From NCBI RefSeq assembly GCF_001194135.2, contig NC_068982.1, positions 190,831,361 through 190,895,360 of the forward strand: a stretch of 64,000 nucleotides of DNA, written 5' to 3'. Below are positions 1 through 11,715 of this stretch, one piece after another (the stretch's first letter is position 1; each line of letters opens with the position of its first letter). Under the pieces are notes generated by a model that searched no databases, had not been told where the DNA came from, and saw only the letters and a list, made by a program, of their open reading frames with translations. Both the position numbers and the translations under genes were made by a program. The stretch comes from Octopus bimaculoides. Its lineage: Eukaryota.

Positions 1-571
1 CACATACACGCATACAGAGGCCGTGTGGTGGCTATATAGGATTATGATAAACAAACAAGTGGTCTTTGCTCTGTTTGTTTACCTGACTCTACGTGAGTCT
101 TTTGACACCGTCGCAGTCTATTTGAATAGTGGTCTTATTGTTTTGCATGCGCAAGAGAGTTATGTCAGTATGCAAGCCATGTGGAGAGAGAGAGAGAGAG
201 AGACATTGTTGTCTGAAAAATTGCATCGAGAAACAACTCCGAGTCGCGACGTAGTTGTTTGAATGTATATTGTGTTGTAGAATAAAGCACAAGTGGTGGG
301 GGTAGGTGGTGAGGATTCGGATTTTTTTTTTTTTTTTAAAGCTATTTATTTAGCGCTTTCGTCCCTTTTTAGGGATTCATCTTTCATGATAAAAATAACG
401 AAAGCATTAAATGTATAAAAATCTGTTCACCACTTCAAACTCACACACGCGTGCGCGCACGTGCACACACACAAACACCTGTACAAGTGTATGGATGTGA
501 GTGTTGGAAGAAACGATTGAAATACCACTCAAAACCTGTCAAGATTGAAATAATAGTTTGACACAAACTTG

Positions 572-620
<49 letters not shown>

Positions 621-728
621 NNNNNNNNNNNNNNNNNNNNNNNNNNNNNNNNNNNNNNNNNNNNNNNNNNNNNNNNNNNNNNNNNNNNNNNNNNNNNNNN
701 NNNNNNNNNNNNNNNNNNNNNNNNNNNN
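621..728. other. Assembly gap inside a (CT)n/(CA)n microsatellite
   Basis: Run of N flanked by (CT)n from about 574 and (CA)n to about 800. Confidence 0.99.
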
Positions 729-801
<73 letters not shown>

Positions 802-1802
802 TGGTATGTGTTTGTGCGTGTTCGTATTTCGGAGTTTGTACAGTATTGTCTTTGTATGTGTGTGCTATCTTCATTCATGCGTGGCGTCGTTACATAAAGA
901 CAGCAATTCTGTAGACGCAGAAGTCGGTTGCATCACTGTGGCCTTAATCATGTCAGCGCATTGTAACACTTTCACCTGTGTAGGATTGTAATACACACAC
1001 AAGTTACTTGTGCGTTATATAATACACACACAAAAATACGTCATAGTACACTTCACGTGCGTGATATAAATACATTACACACACGCATACCAAAAACAGT
1101 GCCCGACCCTCAAACAGACACATCATTGTGTGATGTTACACACACACACACGTCTCACTTGCATGTGATGGAATACATAGAAACACACGCACACATACGA
1201 AAAATGTCATACACTTCACCTGTATGATGTAATGCATTACACACACATACAAGAAACAGTCTGACACACACACACACATGTATGAGTCCCTCGCTACAAC
1301 AGCTTCTTGTGGTTGATAATTGGTGAAGGTGTGATGTCCAGGTGGATAATAAAGCAGGTGAACTCTTAAACTAACAAAGGAACCTATACAGGGTTGCTTG
1401 ATTTGCTAAAAATAACAACCAAATCACCTTTAGATTATACTTTTATAATTATATGGGGTTGTCTTAAATCAGTCCTTTTGATTATAGATCAATGGGACCA
1501 TAACTGGACTGGGGCTGAGCTACAACAATACCAGCTAAGGCATTTGAAGTTCCTATTTACTACATACTTCTGTCACTAAGGTATTTGGGGAAAATAATTT
1601 GTAATAGTCTCTAGCAACATATCCCAAGACACAGTTATTCAGCCACTGAAATATTATTATTAAGGCAGCAAACTGACAGAATCGTCATCATTCCAGACAA
1701 AATGCTTAGTGGCATTTCATCTGTCTTTACGTTCTGAGTTCAAATTCCACCAAGGTCGTCTTTGCCTTTCGTCTTTCGGGGTGGATAAAATACATACCAA
1801 TT

Positions 1803-2045
1803 GACATTATTTACATTATTTACATTTGACGGATATTTGTCCTCATCTTGTTTGTTGTTAACACAACGCTTCGGCTGATATACCCTCCAGCCTTCATCAG
1901 GTGTCTTGGGGAAATTTTGAACCAGGGTTCTCATTCCTAAGGTATTTTTCGATGTTGTTGTTATTATTATTATTATTATTATTCAGGTCACTACTTGGAA
2001 TCTTGGGGTTAGTAGCCCGCGCTCTTAACTACTACGCCATATGCC
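1803..2045 (-). mobile_element. tRNA-headed SINE carrying a minimal hammerhead ribozyme, copy 1 (B box deleted)
   Basis: The minus strand reads ggcatatggcgtagtagttaagagcgcgggctactaaccccaagattcc, then (AAT)n, then gacac-CTGATGA-a-ggctg-loop-cagcc-GAAG-cg-tt-gtgtt, then an AATGT-type tail. It is collinear with the copy at 48772-49000. Confidence 0.8.
1860..1905 (-). ncRNA. Minimal type I hammerhead ribozyme with a core substitution (GAAG for GAAA)
   Basis: Same fold as 48824-48869, except position 1869 turns the conserved A15.1 into G, so it is probably inactive. Confidence 0.65.
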
Positions 2046-2124
2046 TGTGGGTACTGAGGTCAGTGAAATCAAGTAGCCCCCTCCCCCAAAGTTTCAGGCC
2101 TTGTGCTTATAATTAGAAAGGATT

Positions 2125-2197
2125 ATTATTATTATTATTATTATCATTATTATTATCATTATTATTATTATCATTATTATTATAATTATTATTATTA

Positions 2198-2232
<35 letters not shown>

Positions 2233-2310
2233 ATTATAATTATTATCATTATTATTATTATCATTATTATTATTATTATTATAATTATAATTATTATTAT
2301 TATTATTATT
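2125..2310. repeat. Compound (ATT)n/(ATC)n microsatellite
   Basis: Directly visible; it produces the poly-Tyr ORF 2103-2312. Confidence 0.98.
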
Positions 2311-2312
2311 AA

Positions 2313-2523
2313 AGGCGGTGAGCTGGCAGAATCGTTAGCGGGCCAGGCGAAATGCTTAGCAGTATTTTGCCCGTTGCTACATTCTGAGTTTAAATTCTGC
2401 CTCAGGCGACTTTACCTTTCATCCTTTCGGAGTCAATTTAATAAGTACCAGTTATGCACTGGGGTCGATGTAATCAACTTAATCCCCTCCCCCAAGCTGC
2501 CCTTGTGGCAAGAATTTGAAATC
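2313..2523 (+). mobile_element. tRNA-headed SINE family D (central region resembles the Deu/Nin SINE domain)
   Basis: aggcggtgagctggcagaatcgttagc...ctgagtttaaattc...cctttcatcctttcggagtcaatttaataagtaccag...ccttgtggc. There are 12 or more homologous copies in the window. The Deu/Nin label rests on recalled similarity of the cctttcatcctttcggggtcgataaa motif. Confidence 0.8.
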
Positions 2524-2728
2524 ATCAATATCATTATTATTATTGCTTATCCTTAGGATTCATTCAGGTATTTTACATCATCAAATTAACTGCTTCAATA
2601 TTACTACTACTACTACTACTACACATTTGATCTGTGTATTCTGCTGAGATTAGTATTTTGTATCATTAGAAATAAAGGAAAAACTGTTGTTTGTAAATTC
2701 ATTTAAAAACCTACAGAAATGAAACAAC

Positions 2729-2770
<42 letters not shown>

Positions 2771-2946
2771 CAAATAAGCCTGTTTCAAGTTACAAAAGAG
2801 ACCTCATTATTCTCTTCCTTTTGTCATCTCTCCAATAATGTGGCTTGTGATTTCCTTTTACTTCTCTACACAGAATAGTTTAGAATCTCAACTATGTCTG
2901 CAAGAATAATGATAACAATAACAACAACAATAATAATGATGATGAT

Positions 2947-3146
2947 TTCAAATTTTGACACAAGGCCAGAAATTTCAGCCAAGAGGATAAGTCAGTTGTA
3001 TCAACCCCAGTGCTCAACTGGTACTTATTTCTTCAACCCTGAAAAGATGAAAGGGTACATTGACCTCAGCAGAAGGTCCATAAAGATGGACAAAATGCCG
3101 CTAAGCATTTTGTCCAGCATGCTAACAATTCTGCCAGTTCACAGCC
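2947..3146 (-). mobile_element. SINE family D
   Basis: Reverse-complement match to 2313-2523. Confidence 0.8.
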
Positions 3147-3179
<33 letters not shown>

Positions 3180-3432
3180 TTGATAATGTGGTAAAGGAGG
3201 ATGTTTGACATTTGTAAACAATCATAATGTTCATCTTCATTTAAGCATCGACATTTCCATACATGAGTCAGAATGGAACATTTGAAGCAGATTTTCTATG
3301 CCAACTATCACCTGTTTCCAAGCAAGGTGATATTTCTCCCCAGACTGGCCTCCATGCTGGTGGCATGTAAAAAGCACTTTCCAAACGTGATCGATACCAG
3401 ACCCCCCTGACTGGCACCTGTGCTGGTGGCAG

Positions 3433-3612
3433 TTAAAAAGTACCCACTACACACTTGGAGTGGTTGGTGTTAGGAAGAGCATCCAGCTGTAGAAACCTTG
3501 CCAGGTCAGACTGGAGCCTGATGCAGCCGCTGGCTTTCCAAGCCTCAGTCAAACCATCCAATCCATGCCAGCATGGGAAACGGACGTTAAATGATGATGA
3601 TGATGATGATAA
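3433..3612 (+). mobile_element. RTE-type LINE 3' terminal fragment (family A)
   Basis: agtacccactacacttggagtggttggtgttaggaagagcatccagctgtagaaacc...cccatgccagcatgggaaacggacgttaaa plus a (TGA)n tail. About 20 copies occur in the window. Longer copies are contiguous with an RTE ORF C-terminus. Confidence 0.8.
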
Positions 3613-3624
3613 GCAGTGTTGAAT

Positions 3625-4220
3625 TCTAATGGTAGAGGGAAACCATGGAAGAGATAGACCCAGGAAGACATGGGACGGGGTGGTGAAGCACGGTCTTTGA
3701 ATGTAGGGCCCCACAGAGGCAATGACCAGCAATCGAGATGTTTAGATATACGCTGTGCTTGAGAAGACCTGTCAAGCCAAGTGAGATTGTAGTCGCAGCC
3801 AATGCCAGTGTCGTGTAACTGGCTCCTTAAAATCATTGGGTGATATGCTGATGCCAGTGCCGCCTGCCTGGCACTTGTGCAGGTGGCATGTAAAAGGCAT
3901 CATTTGAGCATTGGGCCTCATGAAGGCAGTGACAGGTGACGAAGACCTTTGGCGATATACTGTGCTTGAGTAGACTTGTCAAGCCAAGTGAGACCATAGT
4001 TGTGGCCAATGCCAGTGTCGGGTCATTGGTACCCATGCCAGTGGTACATAAAAATCATGCACTACACTCTCAGGGTGGTTGGCATTAGGAAGGGCATCCA
4101 GCCATAGAAACGATGCTACAAATCAAATCGGAACCTGGTGCAGCCCTTTGGCTTACCAGTTTTCAGTCAAACTGTCCAACCCATGCCAGCATTGAAAGTG
4201 AAAGTTAAATGATGATAATA
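3625..4220 (+). mobile_element. 5'-truncated RTE-clade LINE (family A): degenerate ORF2 C-terminus plus 3' UTR
   Basis: Translates as MVEGNHGRDRPRKTWDGVVKHGL*..TEAMTSNRDV*..AVLEKTCQAK*, the RGRPRKTW...DR..W motif of RTE ORF ends. It is followed by the family A 3' end and tgatgat. Confidence 0.8.
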
Positions 4221-4229
4221 TATATTTGG

Positions 4230-4480
4230 GTGTGTGTATGTCACTGTGTCTGTTTGCTCTCCCCACCACACACACACACACACACAGACACTGCTTGACA
4301 ACCAATGTTGGTGTGTTCACATCTCCATAACTTAGCAGTTCAGCAAAAGAGACTGACAGAATAAGTACCAGTCCTTAAAAAAAAACATAAGTACTGGGGT
4401 TGATTCATTCAACTAAAAATTCTGCAAGGCAGTGCTCCAGTATGGCCACAGCCAAATAACTGAAGCAAGTTAAAAAGAAA
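4230..4480 (+). mobile_element. 3' module of composite SINE family B/C
   Basis: ctgcttgacaaccaatgttggtgtgttcacatctccataacttagcagttcagcaaaagagactgacagaataagtacc...ccagtatggccacagcc. More than 15 copies occur in the window. Confidence 0.8.
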
Positions 4481-5250
4481 AAAGATACACACACACACAC
4501 ACACACACACTTCTTTGTCGTCAGTTCCTATGATTTTCACCATTTTCCATCTTTTTTAGGTTTTCCCATTCTTTCTTTGTTTTTGGTTTTTGTACTTTTA
4601 CAGCCACCAATTCTGTTAGACTTCCCATTCTAATTCCTCAAAATGAATCAAAAAAGAACCTACAATTAGGTCGAGGCCATTGCAAGTTTACTTTATAAAT
4701 AAGTTTAATGAAATGAAATTTCTTTTCTTTTCTCTTTCTTTAAATTTATTTTTCCTGTCTGAGTTTCTAAATTTCAGTGAGGTTCGTTAACTTGTTTTTA
4801 GGACAGCAGTACAAGTCAAATTCAGTTTGATAAAGCTGATCCTTTTCTTAGATATACACAATATGAGCATTTGGACTCAATACAAAAAAAACTAAGGAAA
4901 CACTCTGTAAAGTGGTTGGCATTAGGAAGGGCATCCAGCCATAAAAACCTTGCCAAAGCAGTGGAGTTTAGCGCAGTCCTCTAGCTTCCCAGCATGTATG
5001 TATTTGTGTGTGACTCATGTGCCACAGCAGATACTGTTGCTGGTGTCACATAAACAGCACTCAGTACACTCTGTAGAGTGATCGGTCTTAGGAAGGGATT
5101 TTATTAAACCCATGATTTATAAGGTAACAATCTGATGCCTCAACATATTTACCACTCTCTATCCTTGTTACGTGTATTTTCCTGTTTAATGATTTTGCAA
5201 TTTAGAAATTTATTTCTCTTCATTATCTTATTGTCTAAATCCATACACTG

Positions 5251-5285
<35 letters not shown>

Positions 5286-5476
5286 GCTACTACTGCTACT
5301 ACTACTACTACTACTTCTACCTGTTGTGACACCTGAGAGAATTTCTATTGAAACTTAAATTCTTTTCCGCCAACCCCCCCCTCCCCTCTATTCACATTCT
5401 GAATGCTGTGAGATTCCTTCTCGCAGTCCTTCATTTATCTGAAAGTTATCACAGTTCAATATTTTAAGTTCCATTA

Positions 5477-5692
5477 AGGTTGCAAGCTGGCAAAATTGTT
5501 ACCATGCCGGGCAAAATGCCTAGTGGTATTTAGTCCATCCTTATGTACTGGATCCAAATTCCACCAAGGTCAACTTTGCTTGTCATCCTTTTAGGGGTCG
5601 GTAAAATAAGTACCAGTTGAGTATTGGGGTCAATCTAATTGACTTAACCCCTCCTTCAAAATTGCTGGCCTTGTGCCAAAACTTGAAACCAA
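5477..5692 (+). mobile_element. SINE family D
   Basis: Homologous to 2313-2523. Confidence 0.75.
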
Positions 5693-5794
5693 TATTATAA
5701 GTTCCAAAGGCATGAAATGGTTTTGGTGCTGGTGGTTTGAAGATGGCTTATTCAACATTTTGGTGTTTCTTTTGCACCCTGCCACCCACCCACC

Positions 5795-5907
<113 letters not shown>

Positions 5908-6269
5908 TGTCACATGTGTCCAATTAATGAATTGTAATGTCTCTCTCTCTCTCCCCACCACACTTTCTCACCGTCACTCTTTGTTGCTTCTTCCTTGCTT
6001 TCTCTCTTTGTCTGCTTCTGTGTGTATGTGTGTGTGAGCCTATTTCTCTTTATGTGTTTGAGGATAAGGAAAGTGTTGTTCAGCTGAAAGAATGTTGAAG
6101 GAACTCCAGCCAATTCTTAAATTACCATTGTCTTTTAATAACAGGAATTTAGTGTTGGTAATTTAGCATTTTGGCAATTGTTACAGACAACAGTTTCACT
6201 TCACCAATAAATACAATGACACTAATTAGTTAATTACTAACCTCAATTAACTTGCTGCTCTTTTATCTT

Positions 6270-6622
6270 TTATCTTTTACTCATTCCAGTCATTTGACTG
6301 TAGCCATACTAGAGCACAATCAACTCCATCACTTATTTTCTTCTTCTTTAAGCCTGGTACTTATTCTATCATTCTCTTTTGCCAAACTGCTAAGTTATAA
6401 GGATGTAAACACACCAACACCTGTTATCAAGCAGTGGTAGAGTACAAGCACAAACACAAAGATATGCTCATACATACACACACACATACATATACATGTA
6501 TGATTGGCTTCTTTCAGTTTCCATCTACCAAATCCACTCACAAGGTTTTGGTTGGCCCAAGGTGTCATGCAGTGGGACTGAACCTGAAACCATGTGGGGT
6601 TAAGAAGCAAACTTCTTACCAA
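6270..6622 (-). mobile_element. Composite SINE family B/C
   Basis: Reverse complement of tRNA-like head, ccttgggc/caag segment, ggatttggtagatggaaactgaaagaagcc, (TG)n spacer and 3' module. Confidence 0.8.
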
Positions 6623-7050
6623 AGTATCAGGCTTTAGAAAGAAAAAAAACAAGTAGCGGAGTTACTCTTTGTTTGCCTAAAATTCTTCAAGGTGGTGCCC
6701 CAGCATGGCCGCAGTCTAATGACTGAAACAAGTAAAAGAATCAAAATAAACTCAATTTTTCACAACATTCATTTTTCTCAGTCTTCAAAGTCGTTATTTT
6801 AATTTCAGTTTTGCTTTATTTTATTTCTTTGTAACGATTAAAAAGTAAATGTTTTTTTTGTTCTTTAATCCCTGATATTTTTGTCCTTCAATTCCAGTTT
6901 TCAATCTGCTCTGCTTTGCATTCCAGATTTCTGTATTGAAATCTTCACAACTGCCATCTGCAGTTTACTTTCCTTTGCTAAATCCAATGGAAACAGTTTA
7001 GATTTCCAAATTTGCTCTCCTTTTTTCTTTTTTTCCATCTTAATCCTGAA

Positions 7051-7255
7051 GGTGCATGGCCTAGTGGTTAGGGTGCTGCACTCATGGTCGCTAGATTCTG
7101 GGTTCGATTCCCGGACCAGGTGGCATATTGCATTCTTAAACACTTCATTTCATGTTGTTCCAGTCCACTCCACTGTAAACGAGTAACCACCCTGTGGTGG
7201 AACTGCCATCCAATCAGGGGTTTGCTCGCATCGTCTGAAAGCTAAAATGACGGCC
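7051..7255 (+). mobile_element. tRNA-headed SINE family E
   Basis: A-box-like tggcctagtggttagg and B-box ggttcgattcccg, then cacttcatttcatgttgttccagtccactc. Homologues lie at about 15200-15320, 33455-33720 and 48195-48360. Confidence 0.7.
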
Positions 7256-7375
7256 AACCAAATGAAGAAACTCCCGTTCTCTAATAGCTGGATTAAGGAC
7301 AACCTGTTGAGTCTTTTATCATTGCAGGACACTACCATATTTTTAGTGGATCTTGGAAGGGTCAAACACACACAC

Positions 7376-7435
<60 letters not shown>

Positions 7436-7562
7436 CATGTGTTTCTTAGTGGCATAATGATCCTCCCGGGATACAAAAAAATCTCTTTCAATACATGACT
7501 TCACATCAAGAATCTTGCAAACCAAATACAAATCCACAAATATTCTTTAACCTAAAATCTCC

Positions 7563-7995
7563 GGCACTGTCATGGTATTAGCTGTCAGAAGTGAAAGTAG
7601 AAAAATCTGACAAGGAACGTTATTGCTGGTTTGAGTTGATTCTTTGGCTACTGACTGGCCGGAGCCATCTATCTGTCTGTCTGTCTGTCTGTCTGCCTAT
7701 CTCTCTATCTATCTATCTCTCTCTATATATATATCTCTCTATCTATCACTTGTCCACCTTCGTTTGTGTCCGTAGAATTTATCAAATTAGAAAACGCAAA
7801 TTTAATATAAAAATATATTTTCTGAAATTGCAAATTATTTAAGATATAAAAATATAATTTTCAACAGAGAGAATTTATCAAAATAGAAAACAAATGAAGT
7901 TGGAAGTTAAGTTTAAAAATAAATGTAACCAGCAGTAACGTTCCTTGTCAAATTTTTCTACTTTCACTTCTGACAGCTAATACCATGACAGTGCC
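7563..7995. mobile_element. MITE with 69-bp TIRs and 8-bp TSD (Merlin-like termini)
   Basis: TIRs at 7563-7631 and 7927-7995 (GGCACTGTCATGGTATTAGCTGTCAG...) differ at 2 positions. TSD aaatctcc lies at 7555-7562 and 7996-8003. GG termini with an 8-bp TSD fit Merlin. Confidence 0.85.
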
Positions 7996-8809
7996 AAATC
8001 TCCTCTTCGGGAAATCCTCAGAATCTTTTCTTTTGTATTTTCCAAAAAATTTATCTCCATTTTAACTTTCTTCTTTTTTTTCTTTTTTCTTTTACTGGAT
8101 TCAGTCATTGGACTGTGGTGATGCTAGGTCACTGCAATCAAGTGTTTCATGTGATTCTATCAACCCCAGTACTTTGTATGGTGCATATTTTTATCAGCTT
8201 CATCAAATGAGCAAGGTGCGTAAAGGGATATAATAATGCTGGAGTGAATTTTCTTCTTTTTGTTCAACGTGCCACCTTTTCTCTCCTCTGCTGTTACATA
8301 TGCATATATATACATATATATATATATATACATACACATATATATATAGATATAGATATATATGTATATATAGATAGATAGATTACGAAAAAGGAGGCAG
8401 TCAGAATTTTAGATAATTATTTATTTAGTTCTTTCATCTCATTTCAGAGATTCCTCAGCTATGAGGTCTTAACATAAAATTCATGCCCCTATATAGGAGT
8501 CAGTTGAAAAACTCCAGATTTTTTTCAACTAACTCACATATGTATAAACAAGATGAATATGCTAAATAGATAATTATCCAAAATTCTGATTATTTCCTTT
8601 TTCTTAATATATAAAATTTGTACTCCAATTCAAACTATATACATACATACATACATAATTACACACGTGATGGGCTTCAGCAGAGTTTTCAGGCTTTGGT
8701 TAACTCATATTCTTCAATTAACAAAAAATCCAAACTAATTCCGTCTTAGACCTCTTCAAGCTCTGTTACTGCTGCCTAATAATTATCTGAATTTTCTTAA
8801 AAGCTGATA

Positions 8810-9760
8810 CGAGGTGGTATCAAAAAGTTCCCAGATTAGCTTTGTAGCATGCCAACAGATGGCAGCACATGGTTGCATGCGCAGTGAGAGATAGCAGTGA
8901 CATTCATGAGGAAGTGTGTCGAATGACATCACTGTTTTTGCTTCAGAAGTTGTGAAATTTGTGTTTTTCTGATCACATGTGTGCTGTAGTCTGTGATTTC
9001 GTCATGGACAGGAAGTTGGAACAAAGAGCCAATTTGAAGTTTTGCATGAAACTTGGAAAGTCTGCTACAGAGAAATTGAACCTGCTTCAGCAAGCTTACG
9101 GTAACAAGGTAATGAGTCGTACGCAATATTTCAAGTGACATGGATGCTTCAAAAGTGGAAGAACATCCCTGGAAGATGGTGAGCAATCGGGAATACCTGT
9201 CACAAGCGTCACCTTCAGAAATGTGGTATTGTGCATCGATAATTTGTGCCCCAGGGCCAGACCATCAATCCATCCCCCAGGGCCTGACCATCAATTCGTC
9301 CTCCAGGGCCTGACCATCAATCGAGAGCTCTACTGCAGCATTTTGAAGTGTCTGAGGGAGGACATTCAGCGAAAGCGACCAGTTCTGTGGAGTTCAAAGA
9401 ATTGGATTCTTCACGACGACAATGCATTCTGTTTACCAAACTCTCCTTCCTTGTGAGTTTCTCACCAAAAACAACATGATACCACATCCACACCCACCCT
9501 ATTCACCAGATTTTCCATCTCTTCCCCAAGATGAAAATGTGGCTCAGAGGTCACCATTTTAACACCATTATCAAAACCCAGAGCAAATAGCAGAAGATTC
9601 TCGACTTGCTTACAGAAAACCTTCTACAGGCCAGGAAAGCTGGGACCCGGTGTATTGCTTCCCAAGCCAACTATTTCAAAGGAGACGATGTTAAAACTTA
9701 GATAAACAAGTTATTTTTTATTAGACATAACTAGTCCTGGAACTTTTTGATACCAATTTG
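8810..9760 (+). mobile_element. Internally deleted, degenerate mariner transposon
   Basis: TA at 8808-8809 and 9761-9762; imperfect TIRs (ggtatcaaaaagttcc / ggaactttttgatacc). The transposase remnant starts at 9004 as MDRKLEQRANLKFCMKLGKSATE...GRTSLEDGE. After a deletion it continues GIVHR*FVPQGQTIN...LREDIQRKRPVLWSSKNWILHDDNA...YSPD...LFPKMKMWLRGHHF. Confidence 0.9.
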
Positions 9761-10189
9761 TAACTAATTAACTTGTTTCTAAATATTACTAAATGTTTTC
9801 TTTTATTATTGCCATTTCTCAAATGGTTATCTTGTCAATAATGGAAAATCATTCTAACATTTGTGTGTCTTCTAATATGGCAGGATAAAGTACTGTATAC
9901 TTGTATCTATCCATATAGGGGCTGAAAGCTGAAAAAATTAATGTGAGTTCACACAAAGATTATGAGTTGCAATTTTACATTTTATTGACCTGCTAATGAG
10001 TTCTGTCAAAAAAAAAAAAATGCCCTGCCCCTTCACTTTTGGGTGGCAAGTGATGAAGAAGGCTCTTTCAAAACATTGTAGCAAAAGGCATTTACCCAAG
10101 GGGGCCATGCTGGTTGGGAAGCAAACTTCTCCTCACACAGCCATACCAGTAACCTTCTTGGGTGTCTAGATATGTCTATGATGACTTAC

Positions 10190-10262
10190 TTCTTTGGCTG
10201 GTATGGTTGATTGTTCTTGAGAAAACTTAACAATAAATAGCAGTGCACGACAAGAGGTTTGT
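10190..10262 (-). CDS. Candidate 73-nt exon (unidentified gene)
   Basis: T-rich tract plus ccaag acceptor and GAA|gtaagt donor. Two frames are open: (D)KPLVVHCYLLLSFLKNNQPYQPK or QTSCRALLFIVKFSQEQSTIPAKE. No recognisable homology. Confidence 0.27.
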
Positions 10263-11095
10263 CTTGGAAAAATAAAAAAAATAAAACACACTGGAATGTC
10301 TGGTATTTTTGTAGCAACATGGAGAAAGGCCATGCTGATACAAAAGACAATGGGTAAGTCCTCAACAGAAAGATATGGTGACTTTGGAAGCTTTTTAAGA
10401 GTTGCGTGACCTTTGACATCTGTTTGTCAATTGGAATCTCTATTAGAACCAAGGAAACAAAGAGGACATCTAAATGCTAAAACTAAGTCATGACAAAGAC
10501 ACTCCACACAGACATTTACCATACAACAGTAGTGGTGGTGGTGGTGGCGGTAGTACAATAAAAATATAAATACAATCACTATACTTGAAAAGCTTCATGG
10601 AATTCTATTTTAAAAGAAGTTATACTCGTGTTTTCCACATGACATGTTTGAAAGAAGAACTGCTTGTGTGTGTGTGTGTGAGTGTACAGGCATTTTGTTT
10701 GTTCCCCTGCTCATATGTGTATGGTATGTTTTGTGTGCAAACAGATGTACGACTGCTACTGTTGAGTTTGCTGCTCCATGTAGATTGTCAGTTGTTGAGA
10801 GAATTATTCCTTATGTCAAAAGACACATCAAGCTAACCGTGTGGAAGAATACACATAAAGTTGTCCATTGGTTTATTAATTCAAATGTTAAGTTGAACAT
10901 CGCCTTTCTTCAATTTCATGCAGCAGACTATATGTATGTGAGTGTTTTTATGTATGTGTGTGTATGTGTAGAGAGAGAGAAAGAGAGAGAGAGAGAGATG
11001 CATTTATGTTTGTATATATTTCAGTTTCTGTCTACTTAACCCCACTGTGACAAGGTTTGGTAAACGGAAACTGAAGGGGAAGCCTGTTATGTGTG

Positions 11096-11158
<63 letters not shown>

Positions 11159-11489
11159 GTAGATAGATAGATACATGTGTGTGTATGTATGCTGTCCCCA
11201 CCATTTGACAACCAGTGTCGGTGTGTTTACATCCCTGTAACTTAGTGGCTCAGCAAAACAGATCAATAGAATAAGTACGAAGCTGAAACATCTAAGTCCT
11301 GGGGTCGATTCCTTCGACTTAACTTTCTTCAAGGCAGTGCTGCCCCAGCATGGCCCCAGTCAAATGACTGAAAGAAGTGATAAAAGATAAAGGATGTCAG
11401 TCCTCCACAATAAGAAACCTGCTTTGGCCCCTTTCCCTCATAACATTATCTTCCGCATCCCCTTGCATAAAGCTGCCATGGTTCAAAGC

Positions 11490-11715
11490 TTGGTGACTCA
11501 CTAGTGCTGGTGCCACATGGAAAACACACACACACACACACACATCTATTGCATTGTGTAAAGTGGTTGCTATGAAGAAGGACATCCAGCCATAGAAACC
11601 TTGTCAGAGCAGACATTGGAGCACAATGCAGTCCTTGCTCTCATCAGATCCTGCCAAACCATCCAACCATGCCAGCATAGAACATAGGCGTTAAATGATG
11701 ATGATGATGATGGTG
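11490..11715 (+). mobile_element. RTE family A 3' fragment
   Basis: Homology to 3433-3612 with a (TGA)n tail. Confidence 0.7.

Larger units (their letters stand above)
1660..2120 (+). mobile_element. tRNA-headed SINE family D, split by a nested hammerhead-SINE insertion
   Basis: The 5' half (aggcagcaaactgacagaatcg...gcctttcgtctttcggggtggataaaa) ends near 1800. The 3' half (gtactgaggtc...cccctcccccaaagtttcaggccttgtgc) resumes near 2046. Together they match the intact copy at 2313-2523. Confidence 0.8.

Noticed and set aside
200-440. CpG-containing palindrome aaacaact...gtcgcgac...agttgttt as a promoter
   Set aside because: Short and imperfect, with no supporting first exon or TSS evidence at the window edge.
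1980-2045. tRNA gene (and other tRNA-like heads at 7051, 41810 and 48930-49000)
   Set aside because: No complete cloverleaf or acceptor stem; these are SINE heads.
8190-8215. 18-nt micro-exon tttttatcag|cttcatcaaatgagcaag|gtgcgt
   Set aside because: It lies in decayed SINE-derived sequence.
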